A stretch of 64,000 nt of DNA, taken from contig JBFLYH010000001.1 in the NCBI GenBank assembly GCA_040756875.1, positions 352,001-416,000 on the forward strand. The letters are read 5' to 3'. The number at the start of each line of letters is the position of its first letter. Position 1 is the first letter of the stretch. This DNA is from a candidate division FCPU426 bacterium (GTDB lineage Bacteria; Oederibacteriota; JAAXVQ01; JAUVAV01). Below the pieces are notes generated by a model. It had not been told where the DNA came from, made no database searches, and was given only the letters and a program-made list of their open reading frames with translations. Below are positions 19,444 to 32,400 of this stretch, in pieces. The position numbers were made by a program, and so were the translations under genes.

Positions 19444-22400
19444 ATGTCCGAACCACGAAAAGGGCACTCCAAACCGACATTGGAAGCGCTGGCTTCCGCC
19501 TGCCCGGGCGTGGACGAAAGCCTGTTGCGCAATCATTTGGAACGCCTGGATGAACGGTATTTCGCGCGTTTTAATTCGCCTGTCATCGCAACTCATGTGC
19601 AGGCCCTGTCCCGTCTCTCGCCCGAGCATCCGGTGGAGATCCTCCTGGATTTCTTGCCCCAACAAAAACTGGAATGCACGGTGCTGGCCTTCGATTACGT
19701 CGGGGAGTTTTCCCTGATTACAGGCATCCTGTCCGGGTTGGGCGTGAACATCCTCTCCGGCGGCATCCATACCTACGCGCGGGTCGAGGAACCGCCGCCT
19801 CCGCCGCGCGGGCGTTCCCCCCAACGCAGGAAAGTTGCGTCTGATCCCTGGCTGCGGCGCCGCATCGTGGACCATTTCTCCGGCACGCTGGAGACGGACC
19901 TGCCTCTGGACCGCTGGGGTTCGGATCTGCGGCGGCATCTGCAGGAAGCCTTGGGGTTGCTGGAACGCGGGCAGGAGGCGGACCGTTCCGAGGCCAAACA
20001 CCGGGTGAATGAACTGGTGGCCCGGCGCCTGGAACGCCTGCAGGGCCAGCAGGCGCCGGTGTTGTACCCCATGCAAATCAGCATGGAAAACGACCGCGGA
20101 CCTTTCACCCGGCTGCGGGTGGTCTCCCAGGATACGCCGGCTTTCCTGTACGCGCTCAGCAACGCGCTCTCGGTCAAAGGCATTTCCATCGAGCACGTGC
20201 GCATCAGCACGGACCAGGACCGCATCGAGGACCTGATCGATTTCGTGGACAGCCGCGGCGAACAGATCACGGATTCCGTCACGCTCGACCAGGTGCGGCT
20301 GTCCGTGCTCCTGACCAAGCAGTTCACCCATTTTCTCGGCCAGGCGCCGGACCCTTTCGCCGCGCTTTCCCGGTTTGAAAAACTGGTGGCGGATCTGCTC
20401 GCCCTGCCCGAACAGGGGCACTGGCTCGAACTTCTCTCCAGCCCCCGCCTGTTGCGCGACCTGGCCCAGTTGCTGGGGACCAGTGATTTTCTGTGGGAGG
20501 ACATGATCCGCCTGCAGTACGAGACGCTGCTGCCCATGCTGGCGCCGCATATGGAGGGCCGGCGCTTTGCCGACGCCCTGGAAACCCTGCCCGAACGGCT
20601 CGAACAGGCCCTGGCCGACGCCACGGACCTGGACACCCAGACCCAGCGGCTGAACGAATTCAAGGACCGCGAAATTTACCTGATCGACCTGGACCACATC
20701 CTCACGCCGGGCGCGGATTTCCGCCATCTGTCCGAATACCTGACCTTCCTGGCCACGGTTGTGGCCCGCGCGGCCGTGCGCCTGAACTACGAGGCATTGG
20801 CGGCGCGTCACGGACGGCCGCGCACGGTCGCGGGCCTGGAGGCCACGTTCGCCATCCTGGGCCTGGGCAAGTTCGGCGGCGCGGCCTTGGGCTATGCCTC
20901 GGACATCGAACTGCAGTTCGTGTACAGCGACCACGGCCAGACCGACGGCGCGGAACCCATCGCCAATTCAGAATTCTTCGAACGCCTGGTCCTGGCCTCG
21001 ACCAAATCCATCCGCGCCAAGCGCGAAGGCATCTTCAACATCGACCTGCGACTGCGGCCCTACGGCCAGGACGGGCCCCTGGCCACCAGCCTGGAGACGT
21101 TTTGCAATTACTACGGCCCGCACGGGCCGGCCCACGCCCTGGAGCGCCTGGCCCTGGTGCGGCTGCGGGCGCTGGGCGGGGACCGGGAACTGGGCGAGCG
21201 GCTGGAACGGGTGCGGGACCAGTTCCTTTACGAAAGCCACGGCTACATCAACCTCGAGGCCTTGCGCGAGATGCGGGAGCTGCAGCTGGCGGAAAAGACC
21301 CAGGCCGGCCGCATCAACGCCAAGTTCAGCCCCGGCGCTCTGGTGGATTTGGAGTACGACGTGCAGATCCTGCAGGTCATTTACGGGCGCGAACACCCCG
21401 AACTGCGTACGCCCCGTCTCCACCAGGCCCTGAACGGCCTCCAGCAAGCGGGCGTGCTGGCGGCCCGCGAGCACGAGGAACTGACCGCAGCCTACCAGTT
21501 CCTGCGCCAGCTGATCAACGGCTTGCGCATGCTGCGCGGGTCGGCCGAGGATTTGTTCCTGCCGCCGGCCGGTTCGGATGAGTACCGCCACCTGGCGCGG
21601 CGGCTGGGTTACATCCAGCAGGCCGACCTCGATCCGGGCCAGCAATTGCGGCTGGAATTCGAGGCCCGCACGGCCGCCGTGCGCGCGTTCGTGGACCGGC
21701 ACTTCGGGCCGGGCGCCCTGCCCGGCCGGGAGGCGGCCACGGTGGCCGACCTGATCCTGCTGGCCGAAGCCCCGCCCGAAATGCAACAGCGCATTTTGTC
21801 GGCTGCGGGCTTCCAGGATCCGGCCCGCGCTTACGTGAACTTGCGGAAATTGGCGGGCACTGACGAACAACGGCGCGAGCAGTTCCTGCGCCTGGCCATC
21901 CTGGCCTGCGACTTCTTGCAGCGCCAGCCGGACCCGGACATGGCCTTGAACAACTGGGAGCATTTTGCCGGCCGCCTGCCCGACCCGGCCGCCCATTTCG
22001 AGCAATTGCGCTTCCAACCCAAGCGTCTGGAATTGCTGCTCAGCATTTTTGCCAGCAGCCAGTTCCTGGCCGACAGTCTGGCGCGGAATCCGGAATTCCT
22101 GGACGTGGCGGTCGATCCCAAACGCCTGCAGTCCGTGCGAACCGTGGAAGAGCACCGCCAGGAACTGGGAGCTGCGCGCCGCCCGGACGAAAGCCAGGCG
22201 GACTGGCTCAACCGCCTGCGGCGCTACCGGCGGCGGGAAATCCTGCGCATCGGCACGCGCGACATCGGGCTGCACGCGCCCCTGGAGCAGGTGGCCTTGG
22301 ATTTGAGCCGGTTGGCCGAGGCCCTGACCCAGGAAGTGCTGGAGCAGGCCTGGGAATCCCTGCGGCGGAGCGGGCAACCGGATCTGGCGGCGGATTTCTG

Positions 22401-23259
22401 CATTCTGGCCTTGGGAAAACTCGGCGGGGAGGAGTTGAATTACAGCTCGGACATCGATTTGCTGGGCGTCTGCACCGAGGCGGGCGCCGAAGCGCGCCGC
22501 CGGGCCGTGGTGGAGCGCGGCGCCGACCCGTTCGCCCTGGCGCTGGAAGGCGTGCGGGCCGCGCTCAAGCAGTACACCGAGGAAGGGTACGCCTATCGCG
22601 TGGATTTCCGCCTGCGGCCGTACGGCGTGTCCGGGGAGCTGGTGGTTGCCGCCGACGCCCTGCTGCGTTACTACGCCCGTTCCGCGTCGCTCAGCGAGAT
22701 CCAGGCCTTGTTGAAACTGCGGCCCGTGGCCGGCAATCTGGAATTCGGGGCGCGGTTCTGCGGACAGGTGGGTGAATTGCTGCTGGCGCCGCGCGCAGCC
22801 GGGGAAGTGAAGCAGTCCGTGGCCGACATGAGGCGCCTCGCGGTGGAGCAGCTCGGCCAGCACGCCGAGGGCATGATCGATGTCAAAAGCGGCCTCGGCG
22901 GATTACGGGACATTGAATTTTTAGTCCAGGGCCTGCAATTGATCCACGCCCACCAGTCTCCGCACGTGTTGGACGTCAACACCCTGAGGGCATTGGTCAA
23001 ACTGGAGCAGGCGGGCCGCCTGGAATCTAAAACCGCGGGGCAGTTGCGCGAGGATTACATCTTTCTGCGCCGCGTGGAGCATTATCTGCAAATATTGGAG
23101 GATCAGCAAATTCATACCTTGCCAGTGGATTCCCGCGAAGTGGCGGCCTTGGCCAAGCGGATGCTGGGCCCGCAAGGCAAGGCCGAGGCGTTTTTACAAG
23201 AATTGTCCCAATGCTCGCAAAGGGTGAGGGAATATTACCAATCATTTCTGAGCACATAG
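19444..23259 (+). CDS. glnE: Glutamine synthetase adenylyltransferase/deadenylase with N-terminal extension
   Basis: Two nucleotidyltransferase domains (LGKFGGAALGYASDIE..IDLRLRPYG; LGKLGGEELNYSSDID..VDFRLRPYG; GGLRDIEF). Adjacent to glnA. Confidence 0.92.
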   Translation: MSEPRKGHSKPTLEALASACPGVDESLLRNHLERLDERYFARFNSPVIATHVQALSRLSPEHPVEILLDFLPQQKLECTVLAFDYVGEFSLITGILSGLGVNILSGGIHTYARVEEPPPPPRGRSPQRRKVASDPWLRRRIVDHFSGTLETDLPLDRWGSDLRRHLQEALGLLERGQEADRSEAKHRVNELVARRLERLQGQQAPVLYPMQISMENDRGPFTRLRVVSQDTPAFLYALSNALSVKGISIEHVRISTDQDRIEDLIDFVDSRGEQITDSVTLDQVRLSVLLTKQFTHFLGQAPDPFAALSRFEKLVADLLALPEQGHWLELLSSPRLLRDLAQLLGTSDFLWEDMIRLQYETLLPMLAPHMEGRRFADALETLPERLEQALADATDLDTQTQRLNEFKDREIYLIDLDHILTPGADFRHLSEYLTFLATVVARAAVRLNYEALAARHGRPRTVAGLEATFAILGLGKFGGAALGYASDIELQFVYSDHGQTDGAEPIANSEFFERLVLASTKSIRAKREGIFNIDLRLRPYGQDGPLATSLETFCNYYGPHGPAHALERLALVRLRALGGDRELGERLERVRDQFLYESHGYINLEALREMRELQLAEKTQAGRINAKFSPGALVDLEYDVQILQVIYGREHPELRTPRLHQALNGLQQAGVLAAREHEELTAAYQFLRQLINGLRMLRGSAEDLFLPPAGSDEYRHLARRLGYIQQADLDPGQQLRLEFEARTAAVRAFVDRHFGPGALPGREAATVADLILLAEAPPEMQQRILSAAGFQDPARAYVNLRKLAGTDEQRREQFLRLAILACDFLQRQPDPDMALNNWEHFAGRLPDPAAHFEQLRFQPKRLELLLSIFASSQFLADSLARNPEFLDVAVDPKRLQSVRTVEEHRQELGAARRPDESQADWLNRLRRYRRREILRIGTRDIGLHAPLEQVALDLSRLAEALTQEVLEQAWESLRRSGQPDLAADFCILALGKLGGEELNYSSDIDLLGVCTEAGAEARRRAVVERGADPFALALEGVRAALKQYTEEGYAYRVDFRLRPYGVSGELVVAADALLRYYARSASLSEIQALLKLRPVAGNLEFGARFCGQVGELLLAPRAAGEVKQSVADMRRLAVEQLGQHAEGMIDVKSGLGGLRDIEFLVQGLQLIHAHQSPHVLDVNTLRALVKLEQAGRLESKTAGQLREDYIFLRRVEHYLQILEDQQIHTLPVDSREVAALAKRMLGPQGKAEAFLQELSQCSQRVREYYQSFLST

Positions 23260-23461
23260 CCAGTGATTAAAAATCCTTATTAAATAAGCAATAAAATCGT
23301 TTCAAAATAAACCACGCCTGTTTTTATCTTTTAAAATCAACTATATTATCAGTCCGGGAAATTGCGAGACGTTTTTTTCTGTGATATACTTCATATCTAT
23401 TGGAAATGCAGCCGCCTATTGTTTCAGGAATAGGCTTATACGACAGAGCGATTGGAGTTCT

Positions 23462-26400
23462 ATGCTGTTAAGCCTTTGGCGCCAACCCAGCATCGCGTTA
23501 TGGGCCAAGAGCCTGTCGCTCGCTTTGTGCCTGGTTTTCCTCGCTCCGCTGCTGACCTGGGCCTTTGATCCGGCAACCTATCCCGCCAAACCCGGCTTAT
23601 TCCAATTCAACGGGCAAACACTGGCCATTCCTGAGAAGTGGGGCACAGTGCAAACCAGTTTTGCCGGCGGCGACCGGCTGGTCATCCACCTCCAGGACCT
23701 GCACTGCAATTACGAAGTCCAGATGAATATCGCCCGGGTCATCCGTTTGCTGGCCCAGCGCCACGAGCTGCACTTTGTGGCCGTGGAAGGCACGCACCTG
23801 CCGCTTAATACCACCAAGCTGCGGACATTTCCATTGCCCGAGGTGCGGGAGGAAGTGGCGGATTATTTCGTGCGGCAGGGGCGCCTGTCCGGAGCGGAAT
23901 ACTACGCAGCCACGGCCGACCGGCCGGTCCGCCTGGAAGGCGTCGAGACCCAATCCTTGTACGACCGCAACCGCAAGACCGTGGATTTCATCCTGCGCCA
24001 GGAAGGGCAGGGTTATGCTTACGACCTGCGGGATTTGTTCGCCGCCCTCAAACCGAAGCTTTATCATCCGGCGCTGCTGCGGTTCGACCGGCACAGCGTT
24101 GCGTTCCAGCGCGGCCAGGCCAGCGCCCGGCAGCACGCCCGCTGGCTGGCGCAGGAGGCGGGCCGCCGGGACGTGAGCCTGGAACCGTTCGGCCAGCTGC
24201 GCGCCTATCTGCGCCAGGATCCTGCGGCCGATGCGGACGGCTTGTTCCAGGACCTGGACCGGCTGGAAGCCATCCTGCGCGACGGCATGTATCTCAACGA
24301 GGCTGAACGGGAGCTGGACGCCCAACTGGGGCGGCTGGCCGTGGTCGAACGCATGCTCGGCCTTTCCGCGAGCCCGGAGGATGTGGCCCGTTTCCGGTCC
24401 GAGCGGGAGGCGTTCCGCGTGCCGGCGTTCATCGGCTGGCTGCGCAGCCACGACCCCGAGGCCGAGCTGGAAATCGACCCGGAACTTTACGTCCTGGACG
24501 GCTACCTGAACGCGGCCGAGGATTTCTACGCGGTGGCGGACCAGCGCAGCGAGCACCTCGCGGACAATCTGCTCGCGCGCATGGAAGCGCAGCGCCAGCC
24601 GATCGCCGTGCTGGTGACCGGCGGGTTCCACACACCGCACCTGCTGGCCGCGCTCAAGGCCCGCGGCGTGTCCTATCTCGCGGTCAAACCCCGCCTGACC
24701 CAGCCTGACCTGGTGAACCCCTATTTCTCCCTGCTGAAGAACCAGGCCTCGCCCCTGGACAAACTGATGGCCAAGGATCAGACCTTTTTCTCGCTCGAAC
24801 CGTACCTGCCCAAGGGCGACCCGGACCGCATTCCCGACGAAGCCGCGGATTTGAACGAGCGGGAGCGCACCTTCGCCCGCCTGCTGGATTTGTTTTTCAA
24901 AGTCAAGACCGTCACTCACTTTTACTTCCAAAATAAAATCGGCCGGGAACTGGAGCGGCTGGTCGCGGGCACCCTCGAGGCCTATCCGGCCCAAAGCCGC
25001 GGCGTGCGCGTGCGGCCGGAGGAGATCACGGTTTATCCCCGGAACGTCCTGGGGTTCCACGTCACCTCGCCCAACCAGGAAGACCTGCTGGCTGTGGCCT
25101 GGCAATCCCGGCGGCCGACGGCGCTCGCGGCCGCGGATGCCCTGCAGATCGCCGAGTTCAAGGGCGACAAAGTCGCGGTCATCGGCCCGGAGAACCAGGC
25201 CGTGGTGCAGACGAAACTCAAAACCATGCCGGCTGTGAGCCTGGCTGACCTGGATCTCGGACGGCTCATGCGGCTGGTCCTGGTCTGGCGCTGGGTGCCG
25301 CGCCTACTGGCCCGTTTGGGCCGGATGTCAGACCGGCTGGCCAAAGCCCGGGACGCAATCCGGGCGTTCAACGTCCGGCAGGCCCTGGCCCCGGGCAAGG
25401 ACCGGTCTTTTAATCTCTGGCAGGTCCTGGCAGGCGCGGCGGCAACTTTCAGTTTGACGCTCACATCTTTTTATATATTCCCCCTGCAGGATCTCACCCT
25501 GGCGCAATGGGGCATGGCTTTATTTCTGCCCGTGATTGCAGGCTGGTTGACCCTGAGTCTGGGCTTCATCTTCGGCGTGGCGGCGATAACGCGGCTGCTG
25601 CCGTCCGGACGGGGTGCCGTCGACTGGAAAAAAGCCGAACAGGCCAGGCTCTATTTGGAAGGGCAAGGCGCGGATTGGGTGGAATTTGACGGAACGCCCT
25701 TGCGCTTCGGTGAATTCGCCCGCACCCGATTCCACGCGACCACCCGCAGGAGCGTGACCCTCGCCCCCTGGCTGGTGGCCCAATCGGAATCGATCTGGCA
25801 CCAAAGGCTCCAGGCCCTGTTGCTGCCCATCATCTTGGCGCATGAAGCGCGGCGGTTGCAAGGGTGGTCGGCCGTAAAAATCTTTGCCTCTCTGTTGGGG
25901 CCGCACTGGGGGCTCATCCGCCAAGTGAACCGGGCTCAAAACGATTTGCTGCCCAGGTTCTTGACCGCCCCCTTGACGCCGGAAGCGGACGGTGTTTACC
26001 GCGCGTTTCTAACCGAATGGACTCTCACTCCCGCCCAACAAGAACAAGTGCACTATCTGCTGGCCCGCCTGCAGCACCGTGGCGGCCTCGCGGCAGTCGA
26101 ACAGGCGCACACTTATGTGAAGGAATACTTCAAACCCTCCCCGGCCGCCCTGGTGCCCCTTTTAAGCGAGATCGAGGAACTGACGCGCCTGGCGGGCAAA
26201 AGCGCGCCTGCTTTTTTTGAGAAAGTTCTATCCATGTGGGGATACAAGCAGGCGTACCGCGAACCCCTGCCGCGGGAACAACTTCCCGTTTATCTGCGCC
26301 AGTTGACCAGCCTGTGCCGCCTCGGCCGGCCGGAGGATTCGGAACCGTGGAGCGGCGAAGTCGCATCCATGGGGGCGTGGATGAGCAGCCGCGGCGCCCC

Positions 26401-29400
26401 GTATTCCTTGCGACGCTGGGAGCTTCTGGCCCGCCTGGTGGGGCGCGTCGCAATCAACGACCGCTTGCGCATTTTCGCGCAATGCAAAACCGTGCTCGGC
26501 GTGATTCCGCTGTTGGAGATGATGAGCGACTCCGAATGGGACAGCTTGTTTGCCGCCCTGGAGTCGCTGGCTGCCGCAGTCGGGCCGGAGCACATGGCCG
26601 CGGTTTTAAACCTGTCCCTGGCGGCTTTAAACCGGGATCAGGATCTGCGCGCCAGCGTGCGCCGGGGACAGCTGGACGCAATGGCCGGCCATTTTCAGGC
26701 GGTGCTCCAAACGCTCGGCAACCTCCTCCAAAGCGTTCCGGACGGACAGCGCGGCCTGGTCGTGCAAAGCCTGCACATCGCCGTGCAAAGCGTCGCGGAC
26801 CCGCGCCAGGTGCACGAAAATAAGCTGGAAGCCTGGACAACCGGGGATTTCGCGGCGCAGGTCTCACGCCTGCTGCAAACCTACAGCTATCCAGTAAACT
26901 CCGCCATGATCAATCTGCTGGGGCTCGTGCTGATGACGCTGAATGTCCGGGATTCCGGCCGCGACTTGTTCGCTCCTGCGAAGTGGGAACCCGTCATGGG
27001 AAAAATGCAGGAACTGGCCGCGGTTTACCGGCAGCCTTTGGCCATCCTGACGGCCTTGGCGGTTTTGCGGGCCCGCCTGGCCCGGAATCTCACGCCCGAG
27101 GCCATGCCGCCCAAAGCCGTGATCGATGTCATGGAGGAAGTAATCGCCTCCGGCCGTGAGCACCGCGGGGCTTTCTTTCCCCTGTTGCAGGCGGAACCCG
27201 GCCTGGAGTCTCTGCAACTTGCCCACGAAGGGACGGCGCCCAACAACCACTTGCGGGTCATGGAGTATTTGCTGCAAAGCCTCCCCCCGCTGCGAATGCG
27301 CAAGCCGGACACCTGGCCCGCTCCTTCCCGCACCCTCGCCCCCGGGCAGCTGGCTGAGCGGCGTTTGGAGTTTCTCGAGGCCGCCGCCGGGATCGGCGGA
27401 TTTAACAACGTGCAGGTGTTGGGCCGGAAAATCATCCTGACCGAAGCAGGGGAGTCGGGCCGGCGGCTCTCCATTAAATTGATCAAATCCACGGAAGACA
27501 ATGCCAAGCTGGACCATGAGGCGCGAATGCTGGCCCGCGAATCGGGACTGCCGACGCCGCTCAAGGTCGGGTCAGCGGATCAGCCGGAACCCTTCCGCTT
27601 CCGCTTTAACCTGACCCATAATCCTTTTGAACGCGAGATCCGGGAAGGGTTGCGCGCGGCTGTGCGCCAATCCGAGGACATGGGTTTCCCCATGGACCTG
27701 GATCCCGAACAAGATGAGTTCGTGGCCATTGCCATGGTGTACCCCGGGCAATCCGACTATGACACGTATCTCCTGAATGCGCCTGCGTGGGAAGCGCTGT
27801 GTTCCGGAGCCCTGAAAGCGGCCGGATGGCTGGGCGCGGACGCTGCGGCTGGAAAACTCTATCTGGCCCTGGGGGACCTTTTTCACAGCGTGGAAGGGGC
27901 CAAGAGCAGGGTTTATGTGGTGACCGCCGGGTTGAGCGCGTCCAAAGCCCTCTATACCACCGGCCAGATCACCAACGCCTTTCATGCCGTGGACACGGCC
28001 GGCATTACCGTGAACGGGGAGCCCCGGGACCTGAAGGAAGTGCAGCATGTCGCGGAGCTGGTCGAACGCGGGCGCCGCCGTCCCGAGGAGCTGCCCAGTG
28101 ACCTGCAGTTCATCGCCCGCACATACGGGTTGCAGGATGCCAATTTTTACCTGTTTGAAAGCCTGCATCAATACGCTTTGGTTTTGCAACTGGTCATTGG
28201 GAATTGGCAGCGGGAGCACCAATGGACCACGATCCGCTGGGACGAAGACCGCAGCTTGGAGGATTTGTCCGGCGTGCTGCAGCGTGAATACCTGGCCCTG
28301 GCCCAGGGCTTCCTGGGAAGCGGGCACGAAGCGTTCGTCCGGAGCCTGGCCGGGGAGCTGGTCACTCCGGAGCAATGGCTCAGGTCGGCGCGCCAGTTGG
28401 CCCTGATGATGAGCGATGCCCGGCTGGCCCTGTTTGCGCCGGATTCGGGCCAGAAGGAACGCATCCGGGCGGCGGCGAGAAGCATTTGGGGCATCGAACT
28501 CACGGACGACGTCATCGGCGACTACCGGTGGCTGGAGGGGGCCGGGTTCGTGGGCCATCCCTCGGAAGACAAGCACGCCTGGAGCAAACCGGCCCTGGGG
28601 GTGAGCAATGGCGCCCTGCTGAACACCATGATCCCTGAAATCAGCAGCCTGATCTTCGGCCTCGCCATTGCCGCCAAGGCGTTGGAACAGCCGTCTGAAA
28701 GCGCCTTTGCGCGGATGATTTCCGGAATCCGGGCCAGAGCGTCTGAGCTGGCGGGTGGTCTCGGCCGGCGCCTCGGGGCCTGGGGGCGGCGTTTGTCGGA
28801 ATGGACCAACAATTATCTGCCCCGCCTGACGGTCAGCAAGCGGACCGGAACCGGCCTGGCGCTGCCTGCGGTCAGCTGGCCGTGGCTGGCAAGCAGGATG
28901 CAAGGGCGGCCCGCGGGCAGGGAAGAGGAAACGACCGCTGCGATCCGGTTCAGCCTGGTCGAGGGCGCTTCCGGACAATGGGAGATTCAGGCGCTCGGGC
29001 CCGGACCGGTTTCCATGTCCGTCGGGCTGCTGCTGGCGGCCCTGAACGGAAAAATGCCGGGTGCGGCGGCCCTGGACTCGGAAGCGCGCGGGGCCCTGGA
29101 GGCCGCCCTGGGCCGCCTGGCCATCGAAGAAAAAGCCGCCGAACCCTTGGGCGCCATCGTGAATGCCCCGGCAGTCAGCCGCGCTGATCTGATCCCGCTT
29201 TTGACCGTGCTGGCGGAATTCACGGACAGCTTGCCTGCCGGGCAGACCGGCGAGGCCATGACCCGTATGGAGGAATTGCTGTCCGCGGTCAAATGCCAGC
29301 CAGGCGAGTATCCCGGCCTTGCCGGCCAGGGAGCGCGGCTGTTGAGCAAGTGCCCGCCAGGGCAGCGGCGGCTGCTCAATGACCACATTTACAATGCCCT

Positions 29401-32400
29401 GAATTTTCTGAACTACGTCGGCGTGCCCACCACCTCGGTGTTCGGCTATTTGGACCAGGTCAATGCCGTGAGCCGGCCCGAGAATCTGCTGATGAATATC
29501 GCGGCTCTGAAAAGAGTCATCTCCCTGTTGACCACGCTGGAAGCCAAAGGCCTGCCCATGCAAGCGAGGTTCGGCCGCGTTTTGCGCGCGGTGCGGCCCG
29601 AGGCGGTCAGCGCGGCCATCCTGTCGCTGCAACCGCTGCTGCTCTCGCTGAACGCGGAGAAAAAACCGGCGAGTGATCCCGAGTATTTGCAAGCCTGGCA
29701 GGCGGCCTGGGACGCCCTGCCCGCGCGATACGAAAGCCTTTCCCGGCTCTCGCACACGCCGCTGCAGGAGATTATAGCGCTGGTCATGGTCCGCGCCTTG
29801 CTGCCGGATTACACCCTCCACGCCATCGATCCCGATGCACTCGCGCAGGTCTTTGCCTCGGTGCAGGAAATATACCGCGGGAATCCGGTCGATCCCCACC
29901 TGGCGCTGCTTCAGTCCCAAAGGCCGTTCCTGCAATCGTTCAACTTCAAGGACGGCGGCCGCGCCTTGAATCAGGCGGGCCTCATCCTGCATTACCTTTT
30001 TGACGCCGTACCGGATATGGAACCCGCCACGCCCCGGTCTTTCCCGCAGGAGGAGGGCTTCCGTGAAACCGAACGCATCCCCCGCGTTGCCCTGGAGAGC
30101 CTGCTGGCGCGGGCGGGATTGGACCCGAAGCGCGATATCCAGGTGAAAGTCAGCGGCCGGAAAGCGGTGTTCAGCCAGGAGGGGGCGGCCCGCAAGCTGG
30201 TAGTCAAACTCCGCAAAGCCGGCGAAAACAACGCCCGCCTCCAATATGAAGGCCGCGTGCTGCAGTGGATGTCGCGGCAGGACCCGGCCTACCGCGGGGT
30301 GGACATGCTGACCGCTGATCCTGCGGAGCCGGAGGAGTACCGCATGCGCGTGGACTATGCGGGCACGCGGTTCGCGGCCGCCATCGAGAACGGCCTGGCC
30401 GAAGCGGACCGGGTGTCCCGGGACATCGCAGGCGCGGCCCTGGAGGTCGACCGCGACCACTACGTGGCCGTCGCTTACACGGACCGGGCTGACTCGACGC
30501 TGGAGGAAAACCTGGGCAGCGAAACCGTCGCCACCTGGGAACAGCTCGAATCCGCTGTCACCCGCCTGATGGGTCAGCTGGGCGGCCTGGCGCGCCAGGG
30601 GCTTTTTTACAACAGCCTGGGTGACATGTTCCACATCACCGGCTCTGATACCAGGCCGGCCTATTACGTGAGCCAGATGCTGAACAATTCCTTCGGCTAT
30701 GCCTTGGGGCGGCTGACGGCCTGGAAGAAATCAGTGCGCGCGGTGAACGTTTCACCGCTGGGATTGCTGAGGGACTTGAAATACCTGTATGGAGCCGCTG
30801 GGCTGGTTGAAATCGCCGTCACGGATAAAAGCACGGATTGGAAGTCCATCGCTTTCCTTCACGACGAACATCTGAACCAGCTGATGCGGTTCGAGATGAT
30901 CGGACGGTACTTCCTGACCGCCATGCTGGTGGTGGGCGCCTGGCTGGACGACCGGCAATGGCCGGAAATGAATTGGAGCCAGGAGGAGTCGCTCGCGCCG
31001 CTGGCCCGGGTCCTGGAGACCGGCTTTATTCGGTTCATGACAGCCTGGCAGGGGGAAGAAGCCGGGCCGGCGATCGCGGACATGGGCCGGCTGGTCGATT
31101 GGCGTGCCTTGGCGCGCGAGATGGTGTATTGGATGAGTTCCGCCCACGTGGAAGCCCTGCGCCAGCCGCGCCGCGGCGAACGTGACGGACGCGCGGAGAA
31201 ATTTCCGGCCAGAGAGCTGTTCGGGCTGCCGCCTGAAAAAGTGTTTTTCGGCGATTACCGCGAAGGGAGCTGGGACCCGGAGCAAGGCATGATCGGCTCG
31301 CCGGACGAACGGGAATTCGCCCGGACTGCCAAGGCGCTGGGGCTGGTCAACGGCGATTTCCCGATCCAGGAGTTCCTAAGCGTCATGCTCCCCGTGGGCC
31401 TCATGCAGGCGCAAAACGCGCTGGATCAACGCTATGGAAGCCCGGCGGTTGCGGAACGCAGTTGGATCGCCAGTTTCTGGCCGTCTACCCGGCGCCTGGC
31501 GGCAACCGTAATCTGGCCCGCGCTCCGGCGCGCCGCCTCCGGCTTGGCCCGCTTTTTCGCAACCGGGCCGCGCGTGGCCTCTGCCTGGCTGCGCGCTGCC
31601 TCTCCGCGGCGGCTGTGGGAGCGGTCGCTGGCCGCGTGGATCCGCTGGCAGACCGGACGGCTGGCGCTCGCGGACCGCGGGGAATACGAACGGGTGCTGG
31701 CGTTTCTCTTCAAGCACTACCGCCTGGAAAATCCCCTGGCCCGCGCCCGAGCCGCCTATGCCCTGGCGCGCCTGGGGCTCGATGACCGCAACACCCTGGT
31801 GCTGCAAGGCCTGCTGTTCAACAGCTACCTGAAAGCGGACCATGTCCTCGAGATGCTGGACATCATGGCCGAGGCCACGCGCAAGCTGGGCCCCGAAGCC
31901 CTGCCGGTCCTGAAACTCATCAACGAAACCGCCCGGTCGTTCAGCCGCTCGCGCGAAGACGCCTGGCCCGTGGTCCAAGGCCTGGGCGGCCTGATCCGCA
32001 TTCTGCCGCCGGCCGAGCTGCTTCCGGCTGTGCAAAATTTCGCTTCCTTGCTCGAAGCCGCGCGGGAGAAAACCGCGTGGGTTGAAGAGGGGGCCAACAT
32101 CATCCGCTGGTCCGCTGCGGTCGCGGGGCTCGTGCACCCCGCGCAAGCCGGAGCGGCGCTGGGAGTGCTCCTGGGGGCCATCAGGGACGCCAGCCGGGTG
32201 CAAGGGCCGGATGCGGCCGATATCCTGGAGCGGATCCCGGATTTTCTGCACCCCCTGGCGCCGGAATTCAGGCTGATAGGATTGCGCCTCTTGAACGCCA
32301 GCCGTCCGGCGTTCCGCAAGCTGGGACCGGCCGGGGAGAAACAGTCTATCTCCGATTTGCAGAACAGGATCATGGCCATTACCCAGGCCAGCCGGGAACC

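Noticed and set aside
23381-23461. GTG start at 23381 for the giant ORF (and the longer starts at 6078, 12612, 14299 and 19414)
   Set aside because: Downstream ATGs fit the RBS, signal peptide or family N-termini better, and some of the longer starts overlap neighbouring genes.
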